This document shows positions 47,764 to 58,204 of a stretch of 58,204 bases of DNA, piece by piece. The notes below the pieces were generated by a model. That model did not search any database and was not told where the DNA came from. It worked only from the letters and a program-made list of their open reading frames with translations. The stretch is from a bacterium. GTDB taxonomy: Bacteria; Zhuqueibacterota; Zhuqueibacteria; Oceanimicrobiales; Oceanimicrobiaceae. Every line of letters begins with the position of its first letter. Positions within the stretch are counted from its first letter, which is position 1. The position numbers and the translations under genes are program-made. Location: assembly GCA_046757165.1 (NCBI GenBank), contig JBHHXT010000009.1:1-58204 (forward strand), read 5' to 3'.

Positions 47764-49077
47764 CTAATTGTAGGGATAGAAGATGTAGAACAAAAGCGAT
47801 AATCCGGCCAGCACCCACAAGCCCGGACTGACCTCCTTTTCCCTGCCCGCAGCCACCTTGAAAACAGGATACAGGACGAATCCGGAGGTGATGCCAACGC
47901 CAATATTGTAGGTAAAACTCATCAAGACCACGACGGAGATGGCCGGAAAGAGCTCGGTAAGATCGTCCAGCTTTATCCTGGTCAGGGGCGCGAGCATGAG
48001 AAAACCGACCACAATCAGCGCCGGTCCGTACGCGTGTGGTGGCACAGCAGTCAAAAAGGGCGCAAAGAACAGCGCCACCAAAAACAAAAACGCAACCACC
48101 ACCGCGGTGAATCCCGTCCGGCCACCGGCTTCAATTCCGGCAGCAGATTCGATGTAGGCGCCGGCCGTGGTCGTCCCCACTACAGCCGCAAACGTCGTGG
48201 CCAGGGCATCCGCCATCATCGGTTTTTCGATTTCCGGCAAGTTACCGGTTTCGTCCAGAAACCCGGCACGGGACGAAACCCCGATCAGCGTGCCCATCGT
48301 GTCGACGAACGCCATCACGAACACGGTGAGCACGACGGCAAAAAACCCCCAGTCAAATACGGCCGCCAGATCGAGCTGCAAAAACGTCGGTGCCAGACTG
48401 GGGGGCAGGCTCATCCACTCGTCAGGCGGCTGGGCAACCCCCAAAACGAAAGAGAGCAATGTCGTCCCCAGGATTCCCAGAAGAATCGCCCCGGGAACCT
48501 TCCGAGTCATCAGGACCGTGATGAGAAAGAAGCCAAAAATCGACAGTAAAACGGCAAGACTGGTGACGTCGCCGATCTTCACTGGCGCATCTGGCACGCC
48601 GAGGGTGACAATGCCGCTTGAATTCAAGCCGATGAACGTCATAAACAGACCGATGCCTACCGAAAAACTGTAGCGCAATCCTTCCGGCACCGCCTCTACC
48701 AGCCACTGACGCAAGCGCAAAGCCGTCAGCAAAATGAACAAAACTCCGCCGACGAATATCGCGGCAAGCGCCGCCTGCCAGCTATATTCGAGCACCACGA
48801 CAACGGTGTAAGCAATAAACGCGTTCTCTCCCATGTACGGCGCGATCGCAAACGGCCGCCTGGCATAAATCCCCATCAACAACGTACCGAACACGGCCGT
48901 CAGAATCGTGGCGACCATCGAGGCGTCAAACGGAATCCCGGCGGCCGCCAGAATCTTCGGATTCACGACGATGATGTACGACATGGTCAGGAACGTCGTG
49001 ACGCCGGCAATGATCTCTTGCCGGAATGTCGTCGCGTGCTTTTCGAATTCGAAAAATGTTTGTATCCGGGACAACAT
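47764..49077 (-). CDS. NCS2/AzgA-type purine permease
   Basis: E..AG.TTFLTM.YI..VNP, YIESAAG...GGRTG; next to purE. Confidence 0.92.
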   Translation of the reverse strand: MLSRIQTFFEFEKHATTFRQEIIAGVTTFLTMSYIIVVNPKILAAAGIPFDASMVATILTAVFGTLLMGIYARRPFAIAPYMGENAFIAYTVVVVLEYSWQAALAAIFVGGVLFILLTALRLRQWLVEAVPEGLRYSFSVGIGLFMTFIGLNSSGIVTLGVPDAPVKIGDVTSLAVLLSIFGFFLITVLMTRKVPGAILLGILGTTLLSFVLGVAQPPDEWMSLPPSLAPTFLQLDLAAVFDWGFFAVVLTVFVMAFVDTMGTLIGVSSRAGFLDETGNLPEIEKPMMADALATTFAAVVGTTTAGAYIESAAGIEAGGRTGFTAVVVAFLFLVALFFAPFLTAVPPHAYGPALIVVGFLMLAPLTRIKLDDLTELFPAISVVVLMSFTYNIGVGITSGFVLYPVFKVAAGREKEVSPGLWVLAGLSLLFYIFYPYN

Positions 49078-49143
49078 GATGTTTGAGGGGTTAGCCTGAA
49101 TGATTCACGAAATATTAATCTGACGACGTGTGCACGCCAACGC

Positions 49144-49614
49144 TCACAACCGGCTCCCCTTTCCCTTGAACTCGATCAGTTTTTTCTTCACGGCCGGCTC
49201 GGTCAAGGCGATGATCTGCGCCGCAAGCACAGCGGCGTTGACGGCTCCTGCGGGGCCAATCGCCACCGTTGCCACGGGCACGCCCCTGGGCATTTGCACG
49301 GTCGAGTAGAGCGCATCGACGCCGTTCAGATGTGAGCCCGGCAGCGGGACACCGATGACCGGCAGCACGGTATGGGCGGCAAGCGCTCCTGCCAGATGCG
49401 CTGCCATGCCGGCCGCACCGATGAGGACACGATAGCCATTCTTTTCGGCGTTGCGGGCGAACTCGGCGGTCACATCCGGGGTTCTGTGGGCGGACAGGAC
49501 AAACTCCTGGCACGGGATGCCAAAATAATCGAGATACTTCTTGCAGTCAGACATGGCGTCCCGGTCGGAGTCACTGCCCATGATGATAGCCACTTTTGTC
49601 TCTCCTGCTGCCAT
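49144..49614 (-). CDS. purE: N5-CAIR mutase
   Basis: [33 protein letters not shown]. Confidence 0.97.
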   Translation of the reverse strand: MAAGETKVAIIMGSDSDRDAMSDCKKYLDYFGIPCQEFVLSAHRTPDVTAEFARNAEKNGYRVLIGAAGMAAHLAGALAAHTVLPVIGVPLPGSHLNGVDALYSTVQMPRGVPVATVAIGPAGAVNAAVLAAQIIALTEPAVKKKLIEFKGKGSRL

Positions 49615-50700
49615 CTAACTGGCCTCCGCGGCTTTTTCCTTACGGACCTCCTCGAGCGTTCTGAATGTGTGCGCCATGACATCGAGCTGGCGCAGGAAAG
49701 GCTCTTTGTCTCCGCCCGGGAAATACACCGCAATGTCGATCAGATAGATTCTGCCGGAGGCTTCGTCGTAGAAACAGTAGGTTCGAAAGGGGCCACCGCC
49801 GCCTTTTGACTCATGCAGATTTTCCCACAGACCTTGCACCCTCAGGGCGTTGCGGCCCTGAAAATTCACTTCCTCGACCCTCAAGTAGTTCGACTGCCGA
49901 TACACTCTGTCGGCGACACCGTCTTCGTTTTTGTAGAACTTCGAGGTGAGCTCATCTCTCTTGTTGAGCACCCACGTCTCATTCAGAACAGACCTGTCAG
50001 CGTTTTCGATCCAGTGGACAAACAGCCAGCGCTCCCGGCCCGGCAAACTGCGGCGCAACATGTAGAAGTTCGCGTCTGCCCGCTCAATGTTGACAAAGTA
50101 GTCGTGTTGAATCCGGAGCGTCCAGCCGTATTTCTCGAGTGCTTCCGCCGCGAGCTCCTTTTGCTCCAGCCTGCTGTACATTTGCCGGCGGGTGTCTTCC
50201 AGCAGACGGTTTTCCAGCAGCTCGTAGAGATATCTTTTGTTGGTTTCCAGATGATGGGTCAATTCCGTCACCGAGGTGCTGGTCAGCACCAGCAACATTT
50301 GCCGCTTTGCCCAGGGATTCTTTTTGGGGAAAACAAAAGCGGAGCCATCCTCCACCCGCGCTTTGACGCCTGGTGCAAGCATCCCGTCGACCTTCTGGCT
50401 GATCTCGCCATCGGAGTCAAGCGTCCCGACCAACGCCACGTTCTTGCGGGTGGCAAAATCGTTGAATCGCTCTGGCGCGACCCAGATGACCTCAAAAACT
50501 TTTTCAGGCTCTGGCGTATAAATCGTTTTTTCGAACGCGTTGCGCAAAGCGGGCTCGAGGGCGTGCCAGACCTCCGGGTCGGCAACGACAAAAAGACGCG
50601 TGCCCTCACCATATCCTGAAGGCTTGCTGACACAGCCCGGCAGATAGAGCATCCCCAGCCCGAAAGTACAACACAAGAAGATTCTGATTTTATTCATCAT
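49615..50700 (-). CDS. DUF4837-like lipoprotein
   Basis: LPGC lipobox; WAK.Q; GLWE...GGGPF; P...K...LRQL. Confidence 0.7.
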   Translation of the reverse strand: MMNKIRIFLCCTFGLGMLYLPGCVSKPSGYGEGTRLFVVADPEVWHALEPALRNAFEKTIYTPEPEKVFEVIWVAPERFNDFATRKNVALVGTLDSDGEISQKVDGMLAPGVKARVEDGSAFVFPKKNPWAKRQMLLVLTSTSVTELTHHLETNKRYLYELLENRLLEDTRRQMYSRLEQKELAAEALEKYGWTLRIQHDYFVNIERADANFYMLRRSLPGRERWLFVHWIENADRSVLNETWVLNKRDELTSKFYKNEDGVADRVYRQSNYLRVEEVNFQGRNALRVQGLWENLHESKGGGGPFRTYCFYDEASGRIYLIDIAVYFPGGDKEPFLRQLDVMAHTFRTLEEVRKEKAAEAS

Positions 50701-51739
50701 AATTGCTTCGCTTTTTGATGGTGTAGAGAACTGAGGACCCTGATCGTTTTTTTCGTTGCAACACCCCGGATGCCACCAGGATAGAAAATTTCGCAATGCC
50801 GAAGGCGCGAACATACTGAAGCAGCGTCATCCCCTTGGCGCTCCTGTTGGCCGCGGCGATCAATCTCTCACTCATCAGACAATTATAGAAGGCATCCGCC
50901 ACCATCTGTTGAGACCGCACCAGCCGTAAGTCCAGCTGCTCGCACAGCCGGGTCACGCTCTGAGGCGTGAAGTGTGTGAGATGTCGAGGGGCGTCGAGGG
51001 GCACCCAGTTAGCGCCATAGTAACCTGCGTCCCAACTTGCGATGTTGGGCATGGCAGCCAGAATGACCCCGTCTTCTCTCAAAAGGTCAGCCACGCGCTG
51101 CAAGAGTGCCCCGGGCTCATGAACATGCTCCAGCACATGCCAGAGGGTTACGACATCAAAGCTGCCGCTCTGAAAGTCACACGCAGCCAGATCACACGTT
51201 GCGACCTGCAGGCCGTATTCTTCTTGCGCAAACCGGGCCGCATGGGCATCTTGCTCCGTGCCCGCCACCTGCCAGCCATGTTTCTTCATTTCATGCAGAA
51301 ATTCGCCAGTACCACACCCCACATCCAGCAGCGAACCGCTCGCTTTCATGCGTTCGATCTTGCGCCGCTTGGCGGGAAGGGTATAACGGCGCACCAGCGT
51401 GTAAAGCCAGTCCCACACTGCCAGCGAGGCTCTTGTTGACAGGAACGGCTGGTACGCCTCGTGTTCGTAAAAGGCGGAGATGGTCTCCGCGGCCGGGCGT
51501 GGATTCAAAAACACAAAGGCACACGCATCACACCGGACCAACTGGAATACCGGCCCGGAAGCAAGGTTGAACCGGTCGGCGACCTTGCGCTGCGGAGTGT
51601 TTTTTGTGCTGCCACAAAGCGGACACGCTGTCGTTTCCAGCTCAACTCCAGCTTTTGACTTTGTCGCATCCGGCTGCAGGCGTCCTTGCCGGCTGTCCCT
51701 GAACGCAAGAGCGCGCGGCTCACGACTAGGGTTTGCCAT
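50690..51739 (-). CDS. Class I SAM methyltransferase with N-terminal Zn ribbon
   Basis: CPLC...CDAC, LLDVGCGTG, WHVLEH, PRHL.HF. Confidence 0.88.
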   Translation of the reverse strand: MANPSREPRALAFRDSRQGRLQPDATKSKAGVELETTACPLCGSTKNTPQRKVADRFNLASGPVFQLVRCDACAFVFLNPRPAAETISAFYEHEAYQPFLSTRASLAVWDWLYTLVRRYTLPAKRRKIERMKASGSLLDVGCGTGEFLHEMKKHGWQVAGTEQDAHAARFAQEEYGLQVATCDLAACDFQSGSFDVVTLWHVLEHVHEPGALLQRVADLLREDGVILAAMPNIASWDAGYYGANWVPLDAPRHLTHFTPQSVTRLCEQLDLRLVRSQQMVADAFYNCLMSERLIAAANRSAKGMTLLQYVRAFGIAKFSILVASGVLQRKKRSGSSVLYTIKKRSNYDE

Positions 51740-54455
51740 CGGTCCGGGTCGTATCGGTATCGGCATCCGCGGCGTTTGCCAAATCGATGGAATCTTGCTC
51801 GACCAGCTTCAGCAGATTTGTCAACTGCCGTTGGGCAATCCGGTCGTCGGGCTTCCTGGCCAGCCATGTCTCGAGGATGGCGATCGCTTTCTCATATTCC
51901 TTGTTTTTGGCATGATGACTCACCAGCCAGCGATAAGCATCCTGATAGTCCGGATGATCCTGCATGATTTTAACCATCATGGCCTCCGCCTTTGACTCAT
52001 CCTTGAGCTCGAACGAATAGGTCTGGGCGATGAACAATTTCTCCCGTGGACTCAGTGGATAGGTTTCGATGATGCGTTCTAATCGTCTCTCAAGTTCTTC
52101 CGGTCTGCCGGCGTCAGCGTACAATCGCCCGAAACTGAGGGACAACCGATAATCCCGCAGCGGGATCACCTCCTCAGGCATGACCTCTGCCATCTTGTCC
52201 AGCACAGCGATAGCCTTCTCAGACTCGTCAACGGTCTGGTAGTAGTTCGCCAGGCGGACAAAGGCGGAGCGGTAGTTTTGCAGCAGCCCCTTGATGTTGC
52301 GATTATAATAGACGTCCGGATTGTTTAGATTGCGATACTGAAATTTCTCGAACAGGTTGGTCTGCAGTTTCTTGTGCGAAATGAAATCCGGCGGGCCGCT
52401 GTACGGCATCACCCGAAACGCCAGGCCATCCATCCTGAGATAGTTGGGATTGCCGCGGCGTCCTCCCAGGCCGAGCATGTTGGACCCTGCCACCGTGACG
52501 GCAAAATAAACCGGCCGGCGAAATCGATTTGCTCTCAGGATGCGGTCTATCATAAAGTCCTGCACCAGAAGCACCGGTGTGCCAGAAAACTTCTTTGAAT
52601 GGGACAGCGTGTAGGAGACCACCGGTTTTTCAGGAACCTCCTCCGGCTTGAGGGTGGCGTTGTCTTGTGCTTTTTCCAGCTCTTTGACGATGAGCTCGCG
52701 GCTTACCGGGATGCTGCGTTTTTTGGCCTTCCACCGTTGCGCCTGCAGACGGTCAACCTGCGAATCCGGAAACCTGCCCATCGGCACCCTGGGCTCCTCA
52801 TCGCGGAGCTGTTTGACGTACCAATGTGTATTCAGCAGACTGAGATTGACCACGCGCACATCGGGCCGGACGCCGTAAACGTATTGCAAGAACCACAGCG
52901 GGAAGGTATCGTTATCACCGTTGGTGAACAAGATGGCATTGCGCTCGCAGCTCTGCAAGATGTTGTAGGAGTAGTCATAAGCGACGTAGTTGCCCGACCG
53001 GTTGTGGCTCTCATAGTTGTGCTCAAAGAGTTTATGCGGCACAGCCAGGAACAACGCCACCAGAGCCAGCGCCACCCCGACTTTGCGCAGCACGGCGCTG
53101 TGCTTGATGATTTTCAACACAAACTCGACCAAGGCGCTGGCTCCTAAACCGATCCACAGCGAGAAGGCCAGGTAGGAGCCCACATACGTGTAGTCTCGTT
53201 CCCGCGGCTGCGGGTCCTCCTGGTTGAGGTAGATGGTGATCGCCAAACCCGTGGCGAGGAACAAGACCGCAATGACGGACGCCCCCTTCCAGTCATTCTT
53301 GAAGTGGTAGTACAGGCCTAATAATCCCACAAGAAACGGCAACCCCATCAGCCCGTTCAGTGACAGGGTTTCCACAACATAGCCGTCCCGGCCGATGGTG
53401 TTACCGTGCCCGATGAATTGCCAGCCAAAATAGCGAATGTTCATTTTCTTGATCTGATAATCCCAAAACGGAGCCCGGCGCGTGGTGAACGGAATGTCGC
53501 CGTATTGCTCGCGGTTGAGGTAGCTGGCAAGTTTCTTTGGATTGTCCGGATGATTCTCGTTGATCGCCGGCTTCAGGCCCGAGCGAATGTACAGCGCCGT
53601 GTAGGAGGAATAGCCGACCAAAATCAGCAGCATGCCCATCGAAAGCAGGCTGAGCAGGCGCTTGCGGTTCTTGACGGCGTAGAAAGCAAGGAACACCGGA
53701 AACAGCGCCATGACGCCCAGAAAGAGAAATGAGAATCTTTCGATGACCCAGGGCACCCCCTTGACAATTCCCGGATACATGACAAAAAACGTGCTGACAG
53801 AGGCCACGCCCAACCAAAGAAAGGAAGCCAGCGTGACCTTGAATCGCTTGAAGTAGAAAATCAAGCAAAGGGAAAACCAGGCAACAATATTCAGCAGATG
53901 GACCCCGATGGCCAGGCCGATCAAATACATGATGAAAAGAAGAATCTTGTCCCCGGCCGGCTCGTCCGCCTTTTCCACCCAGACCAACATGAGCCAGACC
54001 ACAATGGCAGTAAAAAACATCGACAGAGCATAGACCTCCGCTTCTATGGCGTTGAACCAGAAGGAATCCGTAAAAGCAAACCCCAGCGCACCGATCACCC
54101 CGCCGGCATAGAGAATAAAGCGCTCTTCCACCCGCTCCGGAATGCCACGCCAGGCCCGCAGCAAGCGCACGATGATCAGATAGGTGAACAACACCGACAG
54201 GGCGCTCATGAGCACCGAAATCATGTTGACCCTCAGGCCGATGTCCTGCACAAATGGAATCATCGAAAAGACCCTGCCGATCAAGATGTAGAGCGGCGCC
54301 CCCGGCGGATGAGGCACGCCCAGGATGTAAGAACAGGTGATAAATTCGCCGCAATCCCAGTACGAGGTCGTAGGGGCCACGGTCGCCGTATAGACCACAA
54401 AGGCGATTGCAAAAACAATGGCGGCGATGATTCGGTTTAGTTTCTTGTGCTCCAT
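51726..54455 (-). CDS. DUF2723 (TMEM260-like GT-C) membrane protein with C-terminal TPRs
   Basis: WDCGEFI...HPPGAP, EAEVY, PRERDY, GDNDTFPLW. Confidence 0.88.
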   Translation of the reverse strand: MEHKKLNRIIAAIVFAIAFVVYTATVAPTTSYWDCGEFITCSYILGVPHPPGAPLYILIGRVFSMIPFVQDIGLRVNMISVLMSALSVLFTYLIIVRLLRAWRGIPERVEERFILYAGGVIGALGFAFTDSFWFNAIEAEVYALSMFFTAIVVWLMLVWVEKADEPAGDKILLFIMYLIGLAIGVHLLNIVAWFSLCLIFYFKRFKVTLASFLWLGVASVSTFFVMYPGIVKGVPWVIERFSFLFLGVMALFPVFLAFYAVKNRKRLLSLLSMGMLLILVGYSSYTALYIRSGLKPAINENHPDNPKKLASYLNREQYGDIPFTTRRAPFWDYQIKKMNIRYFGWQFIGHGNTIGRDGYVVETLSLNGLMGLPFLVGLLGLYYHFKNDWKGASVIAVLFLATGLAITIYLNQEDPQPRERDYTYVGSYLAFSLWIGLGASALVEFVLKIIKHSAVLRKVGVALALVALFLAVPHKLFEHNYESHNRSGNYVAYDYSYNILQSCERNAILFTNGDNDTFPLWFLQYVYGVRPDVRVVNLSLLNTHWYVKQLRDEEPRVPMGRFPDSQVDRLQAQRWKAKKRSIPVSRELIVKELEKAQDNATLKPEEVPEKPVVSYTLSHSKKFSGTPVLLVQDFMIDRILRANRFRRPVYFAVTVAGSNMLGLGGRRGNPNYLRMDGLAFRVMPYSGPPDFISHKKLQTNLFEKFQYRNLNNPDVYYNRNIKGLLQNYRSAFVRLANYYQTVDESEKAIAVLDKMAEVMPEEVIPLRDYRLSLSFGRLYADAGRPEELERRLERIIETYPLSPREKLFIAQTYSFELKDESKAEAMMVKIMQDHPDYQDAYRWLVSHHAKNKEYEKAIAILETWLARKPDDRIAQRQLTNLLKLVEQDSIDLANAADADTDTTRTDGKP

Positions 54456-54517
54456 AAACAGATTGCTCCTTCAGTGTAAGGTCTCAAAAAATACTGAGCG
54501 ACAATCGGAAAGTGTGG

Positions 54518-56689
54518 CTACCCTACCCCTGCCAGCTCGAACTTCTCGCGATATTGTTTGAAGAAATGTGCCCGCACAGGCATGTTTTCGACCCGCAGAA
54601 TTTGTTTGTCCTTGCGCGCCAGGTCGAACGCCTCGTCTCTGGCCTTGATCAAAAGCTCGGTGTCTTTGACGAGGTCTGCGATGCGAAGCTCCGGCATGCC
54701 GCTTTGCCTGGTACCAAAGAACTCGCCGGGGCCGCGGAGCTGCAAATCCACCTCTGCGATCTTGAAGCCATCGTTGGTTTGCGTCATCGTTTCCAGACGG
54801 GTTTTGGCTTCCTGGGAAATGGGGTATTTCGCGATCAAAAAGCAAGACGACGCTTTCTTGCCACGCCCAACTCGGCCGCGGAGCTGGTGCAACTGCGGCA
54901 AACCGAAGCGCTCGGCATTCTCGACCACCATGATGGTTGCGTTCGGGACGTCGACACCAACTTCGATGACCGTCGTGCTCACCAGCGCCTGTAATTCGCC
55001 CGCCTTGAAAAGGGCCATGGTCGTTTCTTTTTCCTCGCGCTTCATGCGGCCATGCAGCAAGCCAACTTCGAATTGCGAAAAAACCCCTTTCTTTAGATTC
55101 TCATAGTTGTCGATCGCAGCCTGCAAATCGATCTTCTCAGACTCTTCGATCAGAGGGAAGACAATATACGCCTGGTCGCCGGCGGCCATCTGCTTCTTGA
55201 CCCAGCGGTAAATGTCGTTCCGCTTTTTGTCGCTGCGCCAGTAGGTCTTGACCGGCATCCTCCCCGGCGGCAGCTCATCGATGACTGAAACGTTCAAATC
55301 GCCGTACAGGGTCAACGACAGGGTGCGGGGAATCGGGGTCGCGGTCATCACCAGCACATCCGGAGTCAGGCCCTTTTCGATCAGGGTGGCGCGCTGGATG
55401 ACCCCGAAACGGTGCTGCTCGTCGATGACGGTCAGGCCAAGCTGGTCATACTCGACGCCCTCCTGAATGAGGGCGTGGGTGCCGACGATGATCTCCGCCT
55501 GCCCTTCTTTGATCCTGCGCAGCACGGCCTGGCGCTCCTTTCGGGGCTGGCCTCCGATGAGCAGCACCACCTCGACGCCGATCGCTTCGAGCTGCCGGCG
55601 CAGGGTCAGATAATGCTGCTCTGCCAGAATCTCGGTCGGCGCCATCAAAGCGGCCTGGTAGCCATTCTCGAGCGCCATCATCATCGTGATCAGCGCCACA
55701 ATGGTTTTACCCGAGCCCACGTCCCCCTGCACCAGCCGGTTCATGGGCGCGTCTTTTTTCATGTCGTCCCGAATTTCGCGAATGACCTTCTTTTGCGCGG
55801 CGGTCAGCTCAAACGGCAGCGACTCGATCAAGGTTCGCGTCCGGGCGCCCACTTTCAGAAATTCGATCCCCTTGCGGGTGACTTCAATATGGCGCTTGCG
55901 ATAGGCCAGCATCAGCTCGAGATAGAACAGCTCATCGAACTTCAGACGCCTGCGTGCGTCGCGCAGCATATTCCTGCCGGCCGGGAAGTGCAAATTCTCG
56001 ATCGCGGTTTGCAATTCCACCAGCTTTTGCCGCTTCAGAATCTCTTGCGGCAAGGTTTCTGGCAGGTCGTCCAGACAGGCGCGCAGCGCCTCGCGCACCG
56101 CCCGGCGAAAGCCACGGCTGTCCAGACCGACTTTCCCGAGCACCTCGGTAGACGGATAGAGCGGAATGATCCGCCCGGTGTGCAGAAAATCCTCCTCGCC
56201 TGCGTCGGTTAGGCGGTCAAATTCAGGATGCACCATCTGGTATTCCTGATAGTAGCTGACTTTGCCGTTCACCGCAAGCGTTTCACCTTTTTCGAAGAGT
56301 CTTTGCCAGAATTGTATCCGGTTGAACCAGACGCAGCTCAAATGGCCGGTGCCATCAGAGAGAACAAGCTCAAACCGTTTCCGCCGCCCCTGCTTGATGC
56401 CAAAAAACTGCACCTGGCCCACGACGGTCGTGCTGACGTCCTCGGTGAGCTCAGCTATCCTGGTGATATGACTGCGATCCAGATAACGGCGGGGAAAATA
56501 ATACAGCAGGTCCAGAATTGTCTCCACCCCGACTTCTTTCAGACGGTTGGCTCGTCTTTCGCCAATACCTTTTAAGAACTGTACGTTCGTACCGAGTAAT
56601 TTCCGCTGGGCACTGACCACTGTTTTGGACTGAAAGGTTATAGGTGGCCGTTCACAGCCCCCTTCGACAACTTCGACAGGGGCACGCAC
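54518..56689 (-). CDS. recG: ATP-dependent DNA helicase RecG
   Basis: GDVGSGKT, DEQHRFGV, MTATPIPRTL, QLRGRVGRG. Confidence 0.97.
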   Translation of the reverse strand: MRAPVEVVEGGCERPPITFQSKTVVSAQRKLLGTNVQFLKGIGERRANRLKEVGVETILDLLYYFPRRYLDRSHITRIAELTEDVSTTVVGQVQFFGIKQGRRKRFELVLSDGTGHLSCVWFNRIQFWQRLFEKGETLAVNGKVSYYQEYQMVHPEFDRLTDAGEEDFLHTGRIIPLYPSTEVLGKVGLDSRGFRRAVREALRACLDDLPETLPQEILKRQKLVELQTAIENLHFPAGRNMLRDARRRLKFDELFYLELMLAYRKRHIEVTRKGIEFLKVGARTRTLIESLPFELTAAQKKVIREIRDDMKKDAPMNRLVQGDVGSGKTIVALITMMMALENGYQAALMAPTEILAEQHYLTLRRQLEAIGVEVVLLIGGQPRKERQAVLRRIKEGQAEIIVGTHALIQEGVEYDQLGLTVIDEQHRFGVIQRATLIEKGLTPDVLVMTATPIPRTLSLTLYGDLNVSVIDELPPGRMPVKTYWRSDKKRNDIYRWVKKQMAAGDQAYIVFPLIEESEKIDLQAAIDNYENLKKGVFSQFEVGLLHGRMKREEKETTMALFKAGELQALVSTTVIEVGVDVPNATIMVVENAERFGLPQLHQLRGRVGRGKKASSCFLIAKYPISQEAKTRLETMTQTNDGFKIAEVDLQLRGPGEFFGTRQSGMPELRIADLVKDTELLIKARDEAFDLARKDKQILRVENMPVRAHFFKQYREKFELAGVG

Positions 56690-58108
56690 CTACCTGTTGT
56701 AGCGAACCAGGTATTCGACCACGACTTCGCCGTCGCTGGGGACGGTGACGACAAACTCGATTGTAAACGCATCTTTTTGCTTGAAGTCATGCGACTTCTG
56801 CAAAATCTCCCAATTGGGTTGCATCCGCTCAACCACGACGATTTCCACCGTTTCCTCCTTATGGTTGCGAAGCTTGATCTCCCAGGTCTCTTCCCAACTC
56901 TCCTTGCCGATGGTGCGCCGCTGCTTTTGCGTCCGCTCCCCCACGACATCAAACGCGTTGCCAACATGGATCCTGACCTGTTCATCTTTTGGCGTGTGGT
57001 CGACAAAATCCTCCCCGATGAAAATCAAAGCGCCGTCCTCGTCCCGTTTGTACACTCTCACTTTCCCTTTCGGCAACGGGATGCCGAGGCCCAATTCTTG
57101 CCGGTTCTTGAATTCCAGATTCACCTGAACTCTCTTGCTGTTGCGCTCGCCCCGGTAGAGGTATTTCTTTTCGACCTGCACCTCAGTGGACGGAAAGAGT
57201 GAGATTTGCTTGATTTGATTGTTTGCCACGGTTGCAGGCCGCTGCAAGGTGTAGAGATGGTATTCAAAGAAGGCTTTCTCCGCAAAACCATCTGGCGCTG
57301 CGGCAGCCTGCGCCGTGAAACGCTGCACCTGCCTTTCAAGATGAATCCGTTCGCGCGCCCGGTGCACGTCACCCGCCACCAACTTCAAAGCGGCGTTGTG
57401 ATAGGTGGCCCCCGACTTGTTATCAATTGAAACCCAGCCGCCAAGCTCGATTTTCGTATCGTCGTCATTGACCACGCCGACGTATTCTGCATGCCATTGC
57501 AGGCCGCGGGTCAGATAGCCCACCTCTGTTCGGTGGCGGCCAGACTTCTTGCAGTCAATCTTCCAGACCAACGTCGGTCGCGTGATCAACCCCTCCGGAA
57601 GGTTTGGAAAGGACATATTCTCGACCGAGTTCATGTTGACAATCTTGAGGCCGCCGTCTGCCTCGCGCAAGATGATGTCCCGACCAGAGGCGCTCAGCAG
57701 CGTGCCGGCATAACTGACGCCCTCTTTGGCATCCAGGCGGATGTTCTGGTCGATATATTTCTGCAGGATCTTGCTGGAATTCACCAGGTCGTATTCATAG
57801 TTCTGCTCCAGAATCGCCACCTCATCCGGCGCCGTCAGCGAGGTGAAGTAGACAGAGGTAGGGTCGATCAAGGCTGCGACATCCTGGAATTTGACTTCAC
57901 GCCGCCCCTTTTCAAGCTCCAGGGTGCGCACATCTCTCACCAGGGCAAGGTTGCTGTGGTAGATGGTCACCGCCACATCGTCGTCCTGAGCCAGAGATGT
58001 CTCGCCTACTCTTCCAGGCCCCGAGACGACTGCCGCGGGCTCAGCCCTTCCAGAAGAGAAGAACGCCAGGCTCATGAGGAGAACGATGATCGATGCTTTC
58101 CAGTACAT
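56690..58108 (-). CDS. DUF4139 domain exported protein
   Basis: Signal peptide; VTIY..NLALVRD.R, LEQNYEYDL, FEYHLY, PLPKG.VRVY. Confidence 0.85.
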   Translation of the reverse strand: MYWKASIIVLLMSLAFFSSGRAEPAAVVSGPGRVGETSLAQDDDVAVTIYHSNLALVRDVRTLELEKGRREVKFQDVAALIDPTSVYFTSLTAPDEVAILEQNYEYDLVNSSKILQKYIDQNIRLDAKEGVSYAGTLLSASGRDIILREADGGLKIVNMNSVENMSFPNLPEGLITRPTLVWKIDCKKSGRHRTEVGYLTRGLQWHAEYVGVVNDDDTKIELGGWVSIDNKSGATYHNAALKLVAGDVHRARERIHLERQVQRFTAQAAAAPDGFAEKAFFEYHLYTLQRPATVANNQIKQISLFPSTEVQVEKKYLYRGERNSKRVQVNLEFKNRQELGLGIPLPKGKVRVYKRDEDGALIFIGEDFVDHTPKDEQVRIHVGNAFDVVGERTQKQRRTIGKESWEETWEIKLRNHKEETVEIVVVERMQPNWEILQKSHDFKQKDAFTIEFVVTVPSDGEVVVEYLVRYNR

Positions 58109-58204
58109 GCTCTTTTTCAGATTGTCCACAAGTGCCAAAAGATCTAGCCACCGATTTACACTGATTGCCACCGATAACATTTTATCTCTTCATAATTCAA
58201 ATTC

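Overview
A 58-kb bacterial chromosomal segment with essentially all genes on the minus strand. Gene content suggests a diderm FCB-related lineage such as KSB1/Calditrichota (inference only). Positions ~18.5-58.2 kb hold housekeeping and envelope genes: DUF4139, recG, DUF2723, purE, NCS2 permease, rmlC/rmlD, glycosyltransferases, accA, scpAB-rluB-cmk-rpsA-lapAB, moeA, amidase, HDAC, pcm, rpiB, PspC and NPP. Positions ~3.3-18.5 kb hold the most interesting feature, a co-oriented anaerobic respiratory cluster next to an Rrf2 regulator. Its order is GltD/NfnB-like FeS-flavoprotein, Rieske protein, fused cytochrome b6/subunit IV, membrane-anchored octaheme cytochrome c, Tat-lipoprotein NapA/Nas-family nitrate reductase, NapG, NapH, His-rich membrane protein, second NapG/F-like ferredoxin, FeS membrane protein. 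No napB, napC or napD is present. The layout suggests an anammox-type Rieske/cytb complex wired to a periplasmic nitrate reductase. Positions 1-3.3 kb are rearranged: a 774-bp duplication of a gene 3' end brackets a DUF4160/DUF2442 cassette, and there is a 153-bp tandem REP-like array, an HxlR remnant and a DnaA-box/DnaA-trio-like motif. Several dispersed palindromic repeat families occur in intergenic spaces. No rRNA, tRNA, CRISPR array, integrase or transposase was recognised. All family calls come from motif recognition by eye, not database searches.
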